The notes below the pieces were generated by a model, which saw only the letters and a list, made by a program, of their open reading frames with translations, did no database searches and was not told the DNA's origin. A program made the translations under genes and the position numbers. From assembly GCA_029262155.1 (NCBI GenBank), contig JAJCZW010000004.1, forward strand, positions 1 through 54,818: a stretch of 54,818 nt of DNA, given 5' to 3'. Positions 47,120 to 54,654 of this stretch are shown one piece after another (the first letter of the stretch is position 1; each line of letters begins with the position of its first letter). This DNA comes from Gemmatimonadota bacterium (GTDB lineage: Bacteria > Gemmatimonadota > Gemmatimonadetes > Gemmatimonadales > GWC2-71-9).

Positions 47120-48235
47120 TCACCGTCGGAGGACGGCGTGGATCAGCGTTTCGACATCATCCTCGTCGCGGCTCACGCCAAGGATCCTGGTGCCATTGAC
47201 TTCGAGCAGAGTGAATCGCTCCGGCAGCGTCACGGTCTCCGGTGGCGAACGGTCGGGCCGCAGGACAACCCACCGCGGGGGGTCCCCCGGTTCCACGATC
47301 ACTTCGACCCAGACATCCCCCTCTGCGGTGGAGAGTAGGCGGCCAAAGAGCGGCATATGTTCCGGGGCTTCGGCCAGTGAGGACGGATCCAGATGGAGTC
47401 GGGCCCTTCTCTCCTCGACCACGGCATTCTCCGCTGGCGTCGCTTTCCGCGGTTCAAGCGGCACGGGTATGCTGTCCAGGACGACTCCGGCAGCCGAGAA
47501 CAGGCGGATCTCCGGGGTGTCGGAGAACCCGACCCAGACGCCGTGCCCCCTTCGGTCGACTGTGGCCTGGAGACGAGGGCCGTGGGGGTGCACGCTCGTC
47601 GTTGGTCCCCGGGAGTTTCTCCCCACAGTCATGTCGAATAGCGGGAACCTCCCGATCACTTCTGTCATGCTGTCACCTGGGACATAGGCTACTACCAAGG
47701 TCGAGTCGCGATACGTGGAAGTCGTCCTTTGTCCGTCGGGTACAGGGACCGTCTTCCCGACAATGACGAGAGCCCCCGATTCGAACTCCCCGACTACATC
47801 GGCACTCCACGAAGCGGCCGCGGTTTCCACCTGGGCCGAGCGAACCATTTGTCCATCCTCACCGACCCAGGTCACCCGGCGCAGGCTCCGGTCATAGGCC
47901 CATGCCGTTCCGTTCAGTGCAATACCGAACGCGGTGAGTTCGCGGAATTCCCCTGGTCCCGACCCAATGGTTCCAGACCAAGTCAGCGATGCCCCGGTCG
48001 AGGAGAAGAAATGCACCCGCGCCGCCTTGTGATCAGCCACCCCGATAACCCCGCTCGGAAAGGTGACGGCGCCAAGGATCTGCTCGAACCCCTGTCCGTC
48101 GGCGCCGCGTTCATGAGCCCACAGGATCTCGATTGTGGACTCCCTCCCCGGATCTGTTGGCGCGGGCAACTCCTGCCTGCACCCGGCGATCATGTATCCG
48201 AGTAGTGTGGCTACGGCGACCTTGATCATCCACAT
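47120..48235 (-). CDS. 6-bladed beta-propeller family lipoprotein (paralog 2)
   Basis: MWMIKVAVATLLGYMIAGC lipobox. GSGPGEF motif. Repeated blade-like segments. Confidence 0.8.
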   Translation of the reverse strand: MWMIKVAVATLLGYMIAGCRQELPAPTDPGRESTIEILWAHERGADGQGFEQILGAVTFPSGVIGVADHKAARVHFFSSTGASLTWSGTIGSGPGEFRELTAFGIALNGTAWAYDRSLRRVTWVGEDGQMVRSAQVETAAASWSADVVGEFESGALVIVGKTVPVPDGQRTTSTYRDSTLVVAYVPGDSMTEVIGRFPLFDMTVGRNSRGPTTSVHPHGPRLQATVDRRGHGVWVGFSDTPEIRLFSAAGVVLDSIPVPLEPRKATPAENAVVEERRARLHLDPSSLAEAPEHMPLFGRLLSTAEGDVWVEVIVEPGDPPRWVVLRPDRSPPETVTLPERFTLLEVNGTRILGVSRDEDDVETLIHAVLRR

Positions 48236-48304
48236 CCCTCCAACTGCTGACGTAACGCGTGGGTCGTGTGCTTCATGAGGTGTAGCAACTTCCCTACTTG
48301 TCCC

Positions 48305-48532
48305 TCAGGGGCACGACGTGAAGAAGGTGCAACCACAGCCCTCAAGCGAATCCTTCGGGCAGCACCACCGCTCAAAGGCTCCAGCGCACTCCGATCCAGA
48401 ACAGTTGCAGGTGTTGTGGTTTGCCAAGGCCGTCGAGGTGGGCAGCAGCATGAATCCAGCCGAGAGAACAAGGCCAGTAACAATCATGGCCCGGGTCTTC
48501 CTAGCAATTCCCTGTAAGAGATGATTCACCAT
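48305..48532 (-). CDS. small secreted cysteine-rich peptide precursor (75 aa; predicted 38-aa mature part with 8 Cys)
   Basis: ATG 48532 with GGAGGA 7 nt upstream. Signal peptide MVNHLLQGIARKTRAMIVTGLVLSAGFMLLPTSTALA. Mature part NHNTCNCSGSECAGAFERWCCPKDSLEGCGCTFFTSCP. Sits in the 383-nt gap between the two propeller genes on the same strand. Confidence 0.55.
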   Translation of the reverse strand: MVNHLLQGIARKTRAMIVTGLVLSAGFMLLPTSTALANHNTCNCSGSECAGAFERWCCPKDSLEGCGCTFFTSCP

Positions 48533-48618
48533 GATGACGTTCCTCCATGAAACAGGTTTATCACGAATCACACAACCCACGTTTCGATTACGAGACACAC
48601 TTGGCCGCAGCAGATTCT

Positions 48619-49791
48619 TTAGATCTCGGAGACACCCTCCAGCGACAGCCACACTAGCACTCGCCTGGTCCTACTACCACCTGCGGTAGCAAGGAGCAAT
48701 CGTCCCTTATCACTTGTGACAATCCTATCGGTTGCTGGCAGATAGAAACGACCGATTAGCGTTCCCGACAGTGCCATGGCAACCCACCGAACCGAATCGG
48801 ATTCCGCCTCGATGGACTCACGAATGAGTACGACATCGGTGTCAGTGCAATGGAGGTCGGTGATTGCTGGGTGGTTCGCTGGGGCAGAAGCCGCCGCCTT
48901 CTCTAGCTCCCTTTGGGCCGCCTCTTGTAGTGGTGGAAGTGCCTTGCCCCGGCCCATCTGTTGCGTCCGCCCACTTCTTCGCTCCATCTCCCGGCTGACA
49001 TCCCTGCTCGTAACCGCCCGTCCTGCCCAAGGCCCCCGTATGACGCGCTTCGTCCCAGGTGCATTAGCTGGAAAGACGATGAGGGTGAATTGCGCCTCCG
49101 GCGCCAGTATGACCGTACCATCACGGCATGCCGTCCACGTTGGTCGCGCCTGGAAGAACCTGGGAATCGGGCGATAGCGGGCGTTTGTCGTTGCTGCGGG
49201 AACCGTCCACGAAGCAAGAGTGTCTGGCAAGGTGTCTGAACCACGCAGACGAAGTGCCGCAGTCAAGACAGGGCTACCGAGCTGGGAGCTCGGTGCGTGC
49301 GTGAAAGCAAGCAGGCCGGGTTCGATTGACATTATCCCGACAATGTCAGGTGGCACCTCGAGTGCCCACATGCCAGTGGCTCTTCCGGTGCTGTCAAATA
49401 CCAGCACCTTGGACCCTACGAGATCAACAAGGAACACCGCTCCATCAGGGAAGGCCCCCAAAGTCAGAGCCGATTCAAACTCGTTGCCTCCATGCCCTAC
49501 TACCCCGAAGCTCATGGCGCCGGAGCCGTTCGGCTTGCTACGACGCAATCCGTCGTATACCGAGGCAAGGACAAGCTTCCCATCCGTGGCCATTGCGGCC
49601 ACCGTGTTCGGACTTACCTCGCATCCGGACGACTCGGGTGGACGAAGACACAAAGTGTCACGGCGAACGGCAAGTAGCCGTACGTTCAAGTACTCCGCTC
49701 GGTTGATTCTCGTGGGCTGGATGTCGCTGTTAGTATCAGTTGATCTTCCGGAACAACTGAGGACGGCACACAGAACCAGCACGCCGATCAT
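48619..49791 (-). CDS. 6-bladed beta-propeller family lipoprotein (paralog 3)
   Basis: MIGVLVLCAVLSCSG lipobox (ORF start 49830 also possible). GHGGNEF motif. Confidence 0.8.
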   Translation of the reverse strand: MIGVLVLCAVLSCSGRSTDTNSDIQPTRINRAEYLNVRLLAVRRDTLCLRPPESSGCEVSPNTVAAMATDGKLVLASVYDGLRRSKPNGSGAMSFGVVGHGGNEFESALTLGAFPDGAVFLVDLVGSKVLVFDSTGRATGMWALEVPPDIVGIMSIEPGLLAFTHAPSSQLGSPVLTAALRLRGSDTLPDTLASWTVPAATTNARYRPIPRFFQARPTWTACRDGTVILAPEAQFTLIVFPANAPGTKRVIRGPWAGRAVTSRDVSREMERRSGRTQQMGRGKALPPLQEAAQRELEKAAASAPANHPAITDLHCTDTDVVLIRESIEAESDSVRWVAMALSGTLIGRFYLPATDRIVTSDKGRLLLATAGGSRTRRVLVWLSLEGVSEI

Positions 49792-49974
49792 ACGGTTTGC
49801 AGTCCGAGAGGAGCAGCAGGGACTGATCATCGACTGTTCAACAGTCCAGTTGGCGAGCTGCCGGCAGTCGCGAGATCAATGGCAGTGTAGACCTTCAGGG
49901 GGTCTACCAAGCCATACATGCTCATTAGCTTTGCAACATTTCGAACACCAAGGGCAGATACCACCACACGGCCA

Positions 49975-50272
49975 TCGGGCCAGACACGCACAACCGTGGG
50001 GACGCCAGCGACAACGGGTTCAAGCGTACCACAAGACCGTCACCGCCAACACTGGGCTGGACGTCTACTTCGCGGACCCACGCAGTCCCTGGCAGCGGGG
50101 CACGAACGAGAACACCAATCGGCTTCTGCGTCAGTATTTCCCGAAGGGCACGAGCATGGGATCGCTGACCCAAGATGATCTCGATGCGATTGCGGCCAAG
50201 CTGAACAGCCGACCGCGTAAGACGCTGGATTTCGATACCCCGGCCGAACGATTGGAAAGACTGTTGCATTGA
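49975..50272 (+). mobile_element. IS30-family transposase C-terminal remnant (frameshifted, N-terminus missing)
   Basis: ...AYHKTVTANTGLDVYFADPRSPWQRGTNENTNRLLRQYFPKGTSM...LNSRPRKTLDFDTPAE is the conserved IS30 DDE C-terminus. Only this tail of ORF 49220..50272 is meaningful. Confidence 0.7.
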
Positions 50273-50283
50273 CCGGTTGAGTC

Positions 50284-50550
50284 TACCGCCGCTTTTCCCA
50301 GGAACTCATGCTCTTGCCGCAGCACCGCCAGCTCCCGACGGAGGCGCCGCACCTCCTCCTCGGCGGTCTCCACCCGGACCGGGGCCGCCACCTCACCCCG
50401 CGCCACCAGCTGGTTCTTCCAGCCCCGCAGCTGCTCGGGGCGGAGCGACAACTCGCGGGCCACCTGGCTCACCGGCCGACCCAGCTCCGTGACCTGCCGG
50501 ACCGCTTCCTGCTTGAACTCGGGCGTGAAGGCCCGACGGATCTTTCCCAT
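50284..50550 (-). mobile_element. IS3-family OrfA (HTH) remnant; orfB absent
   Basis: MGKIRRAFTPEFKQEAVRQVTELGRPVSQVARELSLRPEQLRGWKNQL...LRRELAVLRQEHEFLGKAAV. Homology stops ~11 nt from the IS30 remnant. Confidence 0.75.
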
Positions 50551-50684
50551 GACACACCTCCGTGCCTCTAATATCGAGGCAATGGCGGTGTCCATCAAAT
50601 CGAGGCCACTTCACTCTGGAATGCCGCTAGTGATCGCAAAACCGTATGTTGGGACATGTCCCTGCCTGATAGGTCTCCCGGACA

Positions 50685-50713
50685 TTGACAGTTACACTAG
50701 AATCTCACATATT
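50685..50713 (+). promoter_or_regulatory. possible promoter of the antitoxin-Doc operon
   Basis: TTGACA (50685-50690), 17-nt spacer, CATATT (50708-50713), in an AT-richer stretch ~55 nt upstream of ATG 50770. Confidence 0.3.
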
Positions 50714-50769
50714 TGGCAGTGTTACTTGAATGGTATTTCATAGAAGGCATTGCATTTAATGAGGTTGCC

Positions 50770-50997
50770 ATGATTACGAGTCGTACTCGAATCCAAGGAG
50801 CTTCGGTAGTCACAACCCTGCCGGCCGAAGTGGCCCGACGCCTGGCGATCAGCCCTGGGCAGGAGCTGGAGTGGATCGAGGACGGAATGGGAGGTTTCCG
50901 GGTTATACCGCATGCCACGGAGACGGCCGAAGCCTTGGACGCCCACAGCCGCATCATGGCGGAATATGACGGCGTCTTCCGTGTATTGGCCAGGTGA
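50770..50997 (+). CDS. AbrB/MazE/SpoVT-type antitoxin
   Basis: MITSRTRIQGASVVTTLPAEVARRLAISPGQELEWIEDG (swapped-hairpin barrel pattern). GAGG upstream. 4-nt overlap with doc. Confidence 0.8.
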   Translation: MITSRTRIQGASVVTTLPAEVARRLAISPGQELEWIEDGMGGFRVIPHATETAEALDAHSRIMAEYDGVFRVLAR

Positions 50998-51395
50998 GCG
51001 AACGGGCGGAGCCACGGTGGCTCACCGAACCCATTCTCTTGAACCTCCACGCCCAGCAGATAGAGCGATACGGCGGAGCGCATGGCATTCTGGATTCGAA
51101 TGTGGTCCTCTCTGCCTTGGCTCGCCCCATCAACCGGTGGGTCGATGATGCTGATGCGGACCTTGCCGATTTGGCGGCGGCTTACCTGGTGGGTTTCGCT
51201 CGAGCTCAAGGATTCGCCGATGGGAACAAGCGCACGGGCTTGGCATGCGCGCTCGTGTTTCTTTCGATTAACAGTGCTTCGCTTCATGTGCCAGGAAAGG
51301 AACTTTACGACTTGACAATGGCTGTGGCGAACAACCAAGCCGATGACGCCACCGTGGCGGACTACTTTCGTACGCGGCGATCGCAATCGACGTAA
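50994..51395 (+). CDS. doc: death-on-curing (Doc) family Fic-fold toxin, with Gln at the motif His position
   Basis: Aligns by eye to P1 Doc: LHAQQIERYGG, then AAYLVGFARAQGFADGNKRTGLACALVFL versus ATYLVATARGHIFNDANKRTALNSALLFL. Confidence 0.85.
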   Translation: MSERAEPRWLTEPILLNLHAQQIERYGGAHGILDSNVVLSALARPINRWVDDADADLADLAAAYLVGFARAQGFADGNKRTGLACALVFLSINSASLHVPGKELYDLTMAVANNQADDATVADYFRTRRSQST

Positions 51396-51424
51396 GAAGC
51401 CCGCCGGTCGGGGGCAGCCGCTTG

Positions 51425-51640
51425 TTAGCCCGGGGACGACGGTCCCCTCCCGGAATTAGCGCCCCGCACACGATTCACGAGCGTCGCAACTCCGTAGCTG
51501 AGTAGGAGTAGCACAGCCCACCAGTACTGCCAAAGAACTTCAGCGAGGCTGCGGTTGCCCTCGCGGGCCCATGAAACAACGTCGTAGAGGAACCCGAGCG
51601 TCGAAATCCCGAGAATGATGACAAGCAGTTTCTTCCGCAT
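51425..51640 (-). CDS. hypothetical small 2-TM membrane protein
   Basis: MRKKLLVIILGISTLGFLY...WWAVLLLLSYGVATLV. No homology call possible. Confidence 0.4.
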   Translation of the reverse strand: MRKKLLVIILGISTLGFLYDVVSWAREGNRSLAEVLWQYWWAVLLLLSYGVATLVNRVRGANSGRGPSSPG

Positions 51641-51759
51641 ATCTGTTGTCCTCCCATGTCGATATCTCTCTCAGGCTAACGCCCACGATCAGCGGCGGCG
51701 CGCAGCGCCGTACGCTGCATGCTGTTGTTAGCCCGCGGCCCGTTTTGCTTGGTCGCTCA

Positions 51760-53067
51760 TCACAGGCTGGTCCAACGCCGTCGTAGTACCGCGCCTCGCT
51801 GGCTGTCCAGCATAGCCAGTGCCGCACGGTTCACGTCCAAGGAGTCCGTGAAGTCTCGGTTCGCGCCGAACACGCCATTCGATCCCAGGGTGCCTAGCAA
51901 GTCCTCGGCGTCGTTGAGCGTCTGCTCGTGTACCTGCCGCGCCTCGTCATAGCTCGCCGCATGCAGCGCTTGTGCCTGGCCGCGAAGAGCGTGCAGGTAG
52001 TGGCGGAAGGCGGCCTGCTCAGAGAACCGCACGGACGACGGCTGCACTCCGCTGAACAACTGGTCAGCGTAGCCCCCATCGAATTCGGACGGGGGCTTCA
52101 TGAGATCGAGCACGCCTTGTTCGTAGGCCACGTCGAGGAATGGGATCTTGTACTCCGAGAGAGCCTGCGGGCAGTAGTACCAAGTCGCTCTGCGCCTGAT
52201 CTCCTCTTCGTACTCCTTGTTAAACTTGTCGGGCGGAAACGACCGTACGTTCATCCACGTCCCGGAGCAGATGGCATTCGCTCTGGCGACATGCGCGGCG
52301 AGCATCTGATGGTTGCAATAGCCGAGGATTACCTGCGCGCCCGCCAGGCGCAGTCCAGCCGTCAGGTCGAGAACGTGCGCGAGCCAGATGGCATCCTGGA
52401 CAAGGTACTCGCCATTCGGATGCTCGCAGACGATGTAGTACCCATCGGCTCCCCACCGGGTGACCGCTTCGAGCAAGGTGGTGACCTGCTCGCGGCTTCG
52501 GGCGGTGTCCGCTCCAAGGGCGAGCGTAGCGAACACCTTGGTGCCGCCAGCCAGGTCGCGTGCAGTTGTCAAGAACGACTCATGATGCGCGAGCCAGAGA
52601 TCATCAACGGGATTGGCAAGGATCCCGGGGAGAATGATGGCCTCAGTGCCAAGGTCCTTGTTCAGCTCGACGATCTGCCTAACAAGGACCACCATCTCCG
52701 GGCCTTGGAAGAACGACCCGGAGGCGAAGTCGGCTGGCCAGAAACCGTGAGAGCAGAGTCGGTCGTGGTCGGCATGCGGGACGTAGAACTGCGGGTCAAG
52801 CAGGGTCTTCCCGCCTTCGATTCCAGCTACGTCGGCCGCCAAGCTACGCAGTTGTTTGTCGTTCAGGTCGCGGGGGCTCAGTACGACGGTGCCCCCGCCC
52901 CACTCCGTGAGTAGGTGGCGGCAGTGCTCCATCATCCCGAACCCGAACTGGAGGTGAACCTCCATCATCGTTCTCCCGCCGTGAAGGCGCAGGGGCATTG
53001 GCCAGCGCCGCAGGAACATGCCGCCAGGAACATGCAGCTCCATGTCATTGGACTCCCTCCAGGTCAC
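51760..53067 (-). CDS. hypothetical protein (~427-435 aa), third gene of the kinase cassette; alternating strand/helix pattern suggests an alpha/beta (possibly TIM-barrel-like) fold plus a helical C-terminal domain
   Basis: Long clean ORF. The alternative start ATG 53043 lies 1 nt after the kinase stop. Strand-like segments: VHLQFGFG, TVVLSPRDL, KTLLDPQFY, EAIILPGIL, KVFATLAL, YYIVCEHP, AQVILGYCNHQ, ANAICSGTWMN. No catalytic motif recognised. Confidence 0.7.
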   Translation of the reverse strand: MTWRESNDMELHVPGGMFLRRWPMPLRLHGGRTMMEVHLQFGFGMMEHCRHLLTEWGGGTVVLSPRDLNDKQLRSLAADVAGIEGGKTLLDPQFYVPHADHDRLCSHGFWPADFASGSFFQGPEMVVLVRQIVELNKDLGTEAIILPGILANPVDDLWLAHHESFLTTARDLAGGTKVFATLALGADTARSREQVTTLLEAVTRWGADGYYIVCEHPNGEYLVQDAIWLAHVLDLTAGLRLAGAQVILGYCNHQMLAAHVARANAICSGTWMNVRSFPPDKFNKEYEEEIRRRATWYYCPQALSEYKIPFLDVAYEQGVLDLMKPPSEFDGGYADQLFSGVQPSSVRFSEQAAFRHYLHALRGQAQALHAASYDEARQVHEQTLNDAEDLLGTLGSNGVFGANRDFTDSLDVNRAALAMLDSQRGAVLRRRWTSL

Positions 53068-53938
53068 ATAGTTCTTTGATCCATTCGTGGGCCTCTCGCG
53101 CAGTCTGGCACCGATGGACGGGATTCGGCTGTGCCAGCGTAGCCACTAGGTCAGCGAAGCCGTCCGGCAGAGGGCGCCCGAGGCGCGGAAGCTGCTGCGT
53201 CGATGCTCTCCTAATGATCTCGAAGCGATCTCGCGCGCCTTCGACGTGAGGATTGCCGCCAGTGGCAGCTTCGTAGAGGGTCACGCCAAGCGCGAAGAGG
53301 TCGGCGCGGGCGTCGATGTCGGGCTTGTCGTTCCGGCACTGCTCGGCGGGAGCGTAGCCGATGGTGCCGCAGCCTCCAGGTGCCACGGTCGCGGTCAGGG
53401 ACTCGAGATCGAGGTGTCTGGCAACACCAAAGTCGATGAGCCAGAACTCGCTCTGCGGGTCCACGATGATATTCGCTGGCTTCACGTCGCGGTGAACGAT
53501 GCTCACGGCTTCCGCGGCGACCAACGTCTCGGAGACGTGCAGTGCAAGTCGCAGGAGTTCGTGGTGTGCGAGCGTGCCAGCTCGGATTCGAGCGCTCAGG
53601 ACTTCCCCGGGAATCCGCTGCTCACGAAACCAGACGATCGTCCCAGTGTCGCCGGTGAGCTGACCGTGCTCGAAAATGCGCGGCATCCGGGGAGCCTGGA
53701 CCTTGGTCGCTGCCTCCAGCTCCCTCTCCGTTCGCGCCGGATCCGTCCCTGGGTGCATGAGCTTGATCACCACCTCACCGTCATTCGCATGCGTCGCGGT
53801 GAACACTTGCTTTTGACCGCCTGCGGCAAGCGCCTGGAGATCGGTGAGGTTCGGGAACTGGTGTACGAGCCAGCCGGGGTCTACCTGGGAGTGGTTGGGC
53901 ATGATCCTCGGTCGCTGCGGTTTCTGGAGACGCGCCAT
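53045..53938 (-). CDS. Hanks-type Ser/Thr protein kinase, kinase domain only
   Basis: Gly loop LAAGGQKQVF, VVIKLM (Lys), HRDVKPANII, DFGVAR, GTIGYAPAEQ, DLFALGVTLYE. Alternative start ATG 53902. Confidence 0.85.
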   Translation of the reverse strand: MARLQKPQRPRIMPNHSQVDPGWLVHQFPNLTDLQALAAGGQKQVFTATHANDGEVVIKLMHPGTDPARTERELEAATKVQAPRMPRIFEHGQLTGDTGTIVWFREQRIPGEVLSARIRAGTLAHHELLRLALHVSETLVAAEAVSIVHRDVKPANIIVDPQSEFWLIDFGVARHLDLESLTATVAPGGCGTIGYAPAEQCRNDKPDIDARADLFALGVTLYEAATGGNPHVEGARDRFEIIRRASTQQLPRLGRPLPDGFADLVATLAQPNPVHRCQTAREAHEWIKELCDLEGVQ

Positions 53939-54654
53939 GCAAGGTCATTCACGACCCACGACGCATAGGAGCGCGGCAGGGGCGCGGTGGAAGCTCCCCA
54001 CTCCCGAATTCCATCTTGCTCCGGGGAGAGCACGCCGATGCCGAATCGTTGCGCATCTCGCATCTGATCCTCGGACACCCGAGGCACAAGCACGTACGAT
54101 TTCGATGCGAACCAGGTGTTCAGCCGCGCTTGATTGAGCACGTCTGTCCACTTTCCGATCTTCGCCTCGACAGCGATGATCTTGGTAGCTGCGAAGGCGC
54201 GCTCTAAAGCACACGGGAACCAAGCCCGGCCGGCCGGCCGAACGAGCCCGGCGCCGTGCAGCCGCTCGGTCGACGACCGCGCGAAGCGGGAGCCGAAATG
54301 ATCCTCAAGTTCGGCGTGGGCGGCTCTACGACGCTGGAACACGTAGTGCATGAGCCGGAGGTCGTCCGGTACGAGTGCTAGGCGCGGTTCACCCCAGTCG
54401 GCGGTGCGGGCGGCGCGCCACACCACAATGACGAGGTCGGGGAACCCGGACTCGAGGCCGAGCTCGCGGAGCACCGTCACGCGGCTGTCCGGAGCATGGA
54501 CGAGCGGCATGGCGGGGATGAAGCGCTCCACGAGTTCCTGCTCGGGCCCCGGCAGAGTCCTTCGAAAGACTACACCCTCCGGCGCAGAGTCCCGGTCCAC
54601 GATCGTCGGGGTCACGGTGGAAGTCACGTTGGTCAGTGCCTTCTGTTCAGTCAC
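53881..54654 (-). CDS. hypothetical protein with PD-(D/E)xK nuclease-like motifs and a winged-helix-like insert; first gene of the kinase cassette
   Basis: GTG start 54654. ...LRELGLESGFPDLVIVVW... and ...KIIAVEAKIGKW... fit E / PD / ExK spacing. The intervening LRLMHYVFQRRRAAHAELEDHFGSRFARSSTERLHGAGLV looks like a wHTH. Confidence 0.6.
   Translation of the reverse strand: MTEQKALTNVTSTVTPTIVDRDSAPEGVVFRRTLPGPEQELVERFIPAMPLVHAPDSRVTVLRELGLESGFPDLVIVVWRAARTADWGEPRLALVPDDLRLMHYVFQRRRAAHAELEDHFGSRFARSSTERLHGAGLVRPAGRAWFPCALERAFAATKIIAVEAKIGKWTDVLNQARLNTWFASKSYVLVPRVSEDQMRDAQRFGIGVLSPEQDGIREWGASTAPLPRSYASWVVNDLAWRVSRNRSDRGSCPTTPR

Noticed and set aside
49220-50272. 350-aa plus-strand ORF
   Set aside because: Most of it is antisense to the well-supported propeller gene 48619..49791 and has Arg/Ser/Pro-rich shadow-frame composition. 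Only the last ~90 aa (the IS30 transposase tail) are meaningful.
51641-51759. CGGCGC-GCA-GCGCCG hairpin (about 51696-51710) as the terminator of the kinase cassette
   Set aside because: The stem is short and no U-tract follows on the minus strand. It cannot be distinguished from random GC-rich self-complementarity.
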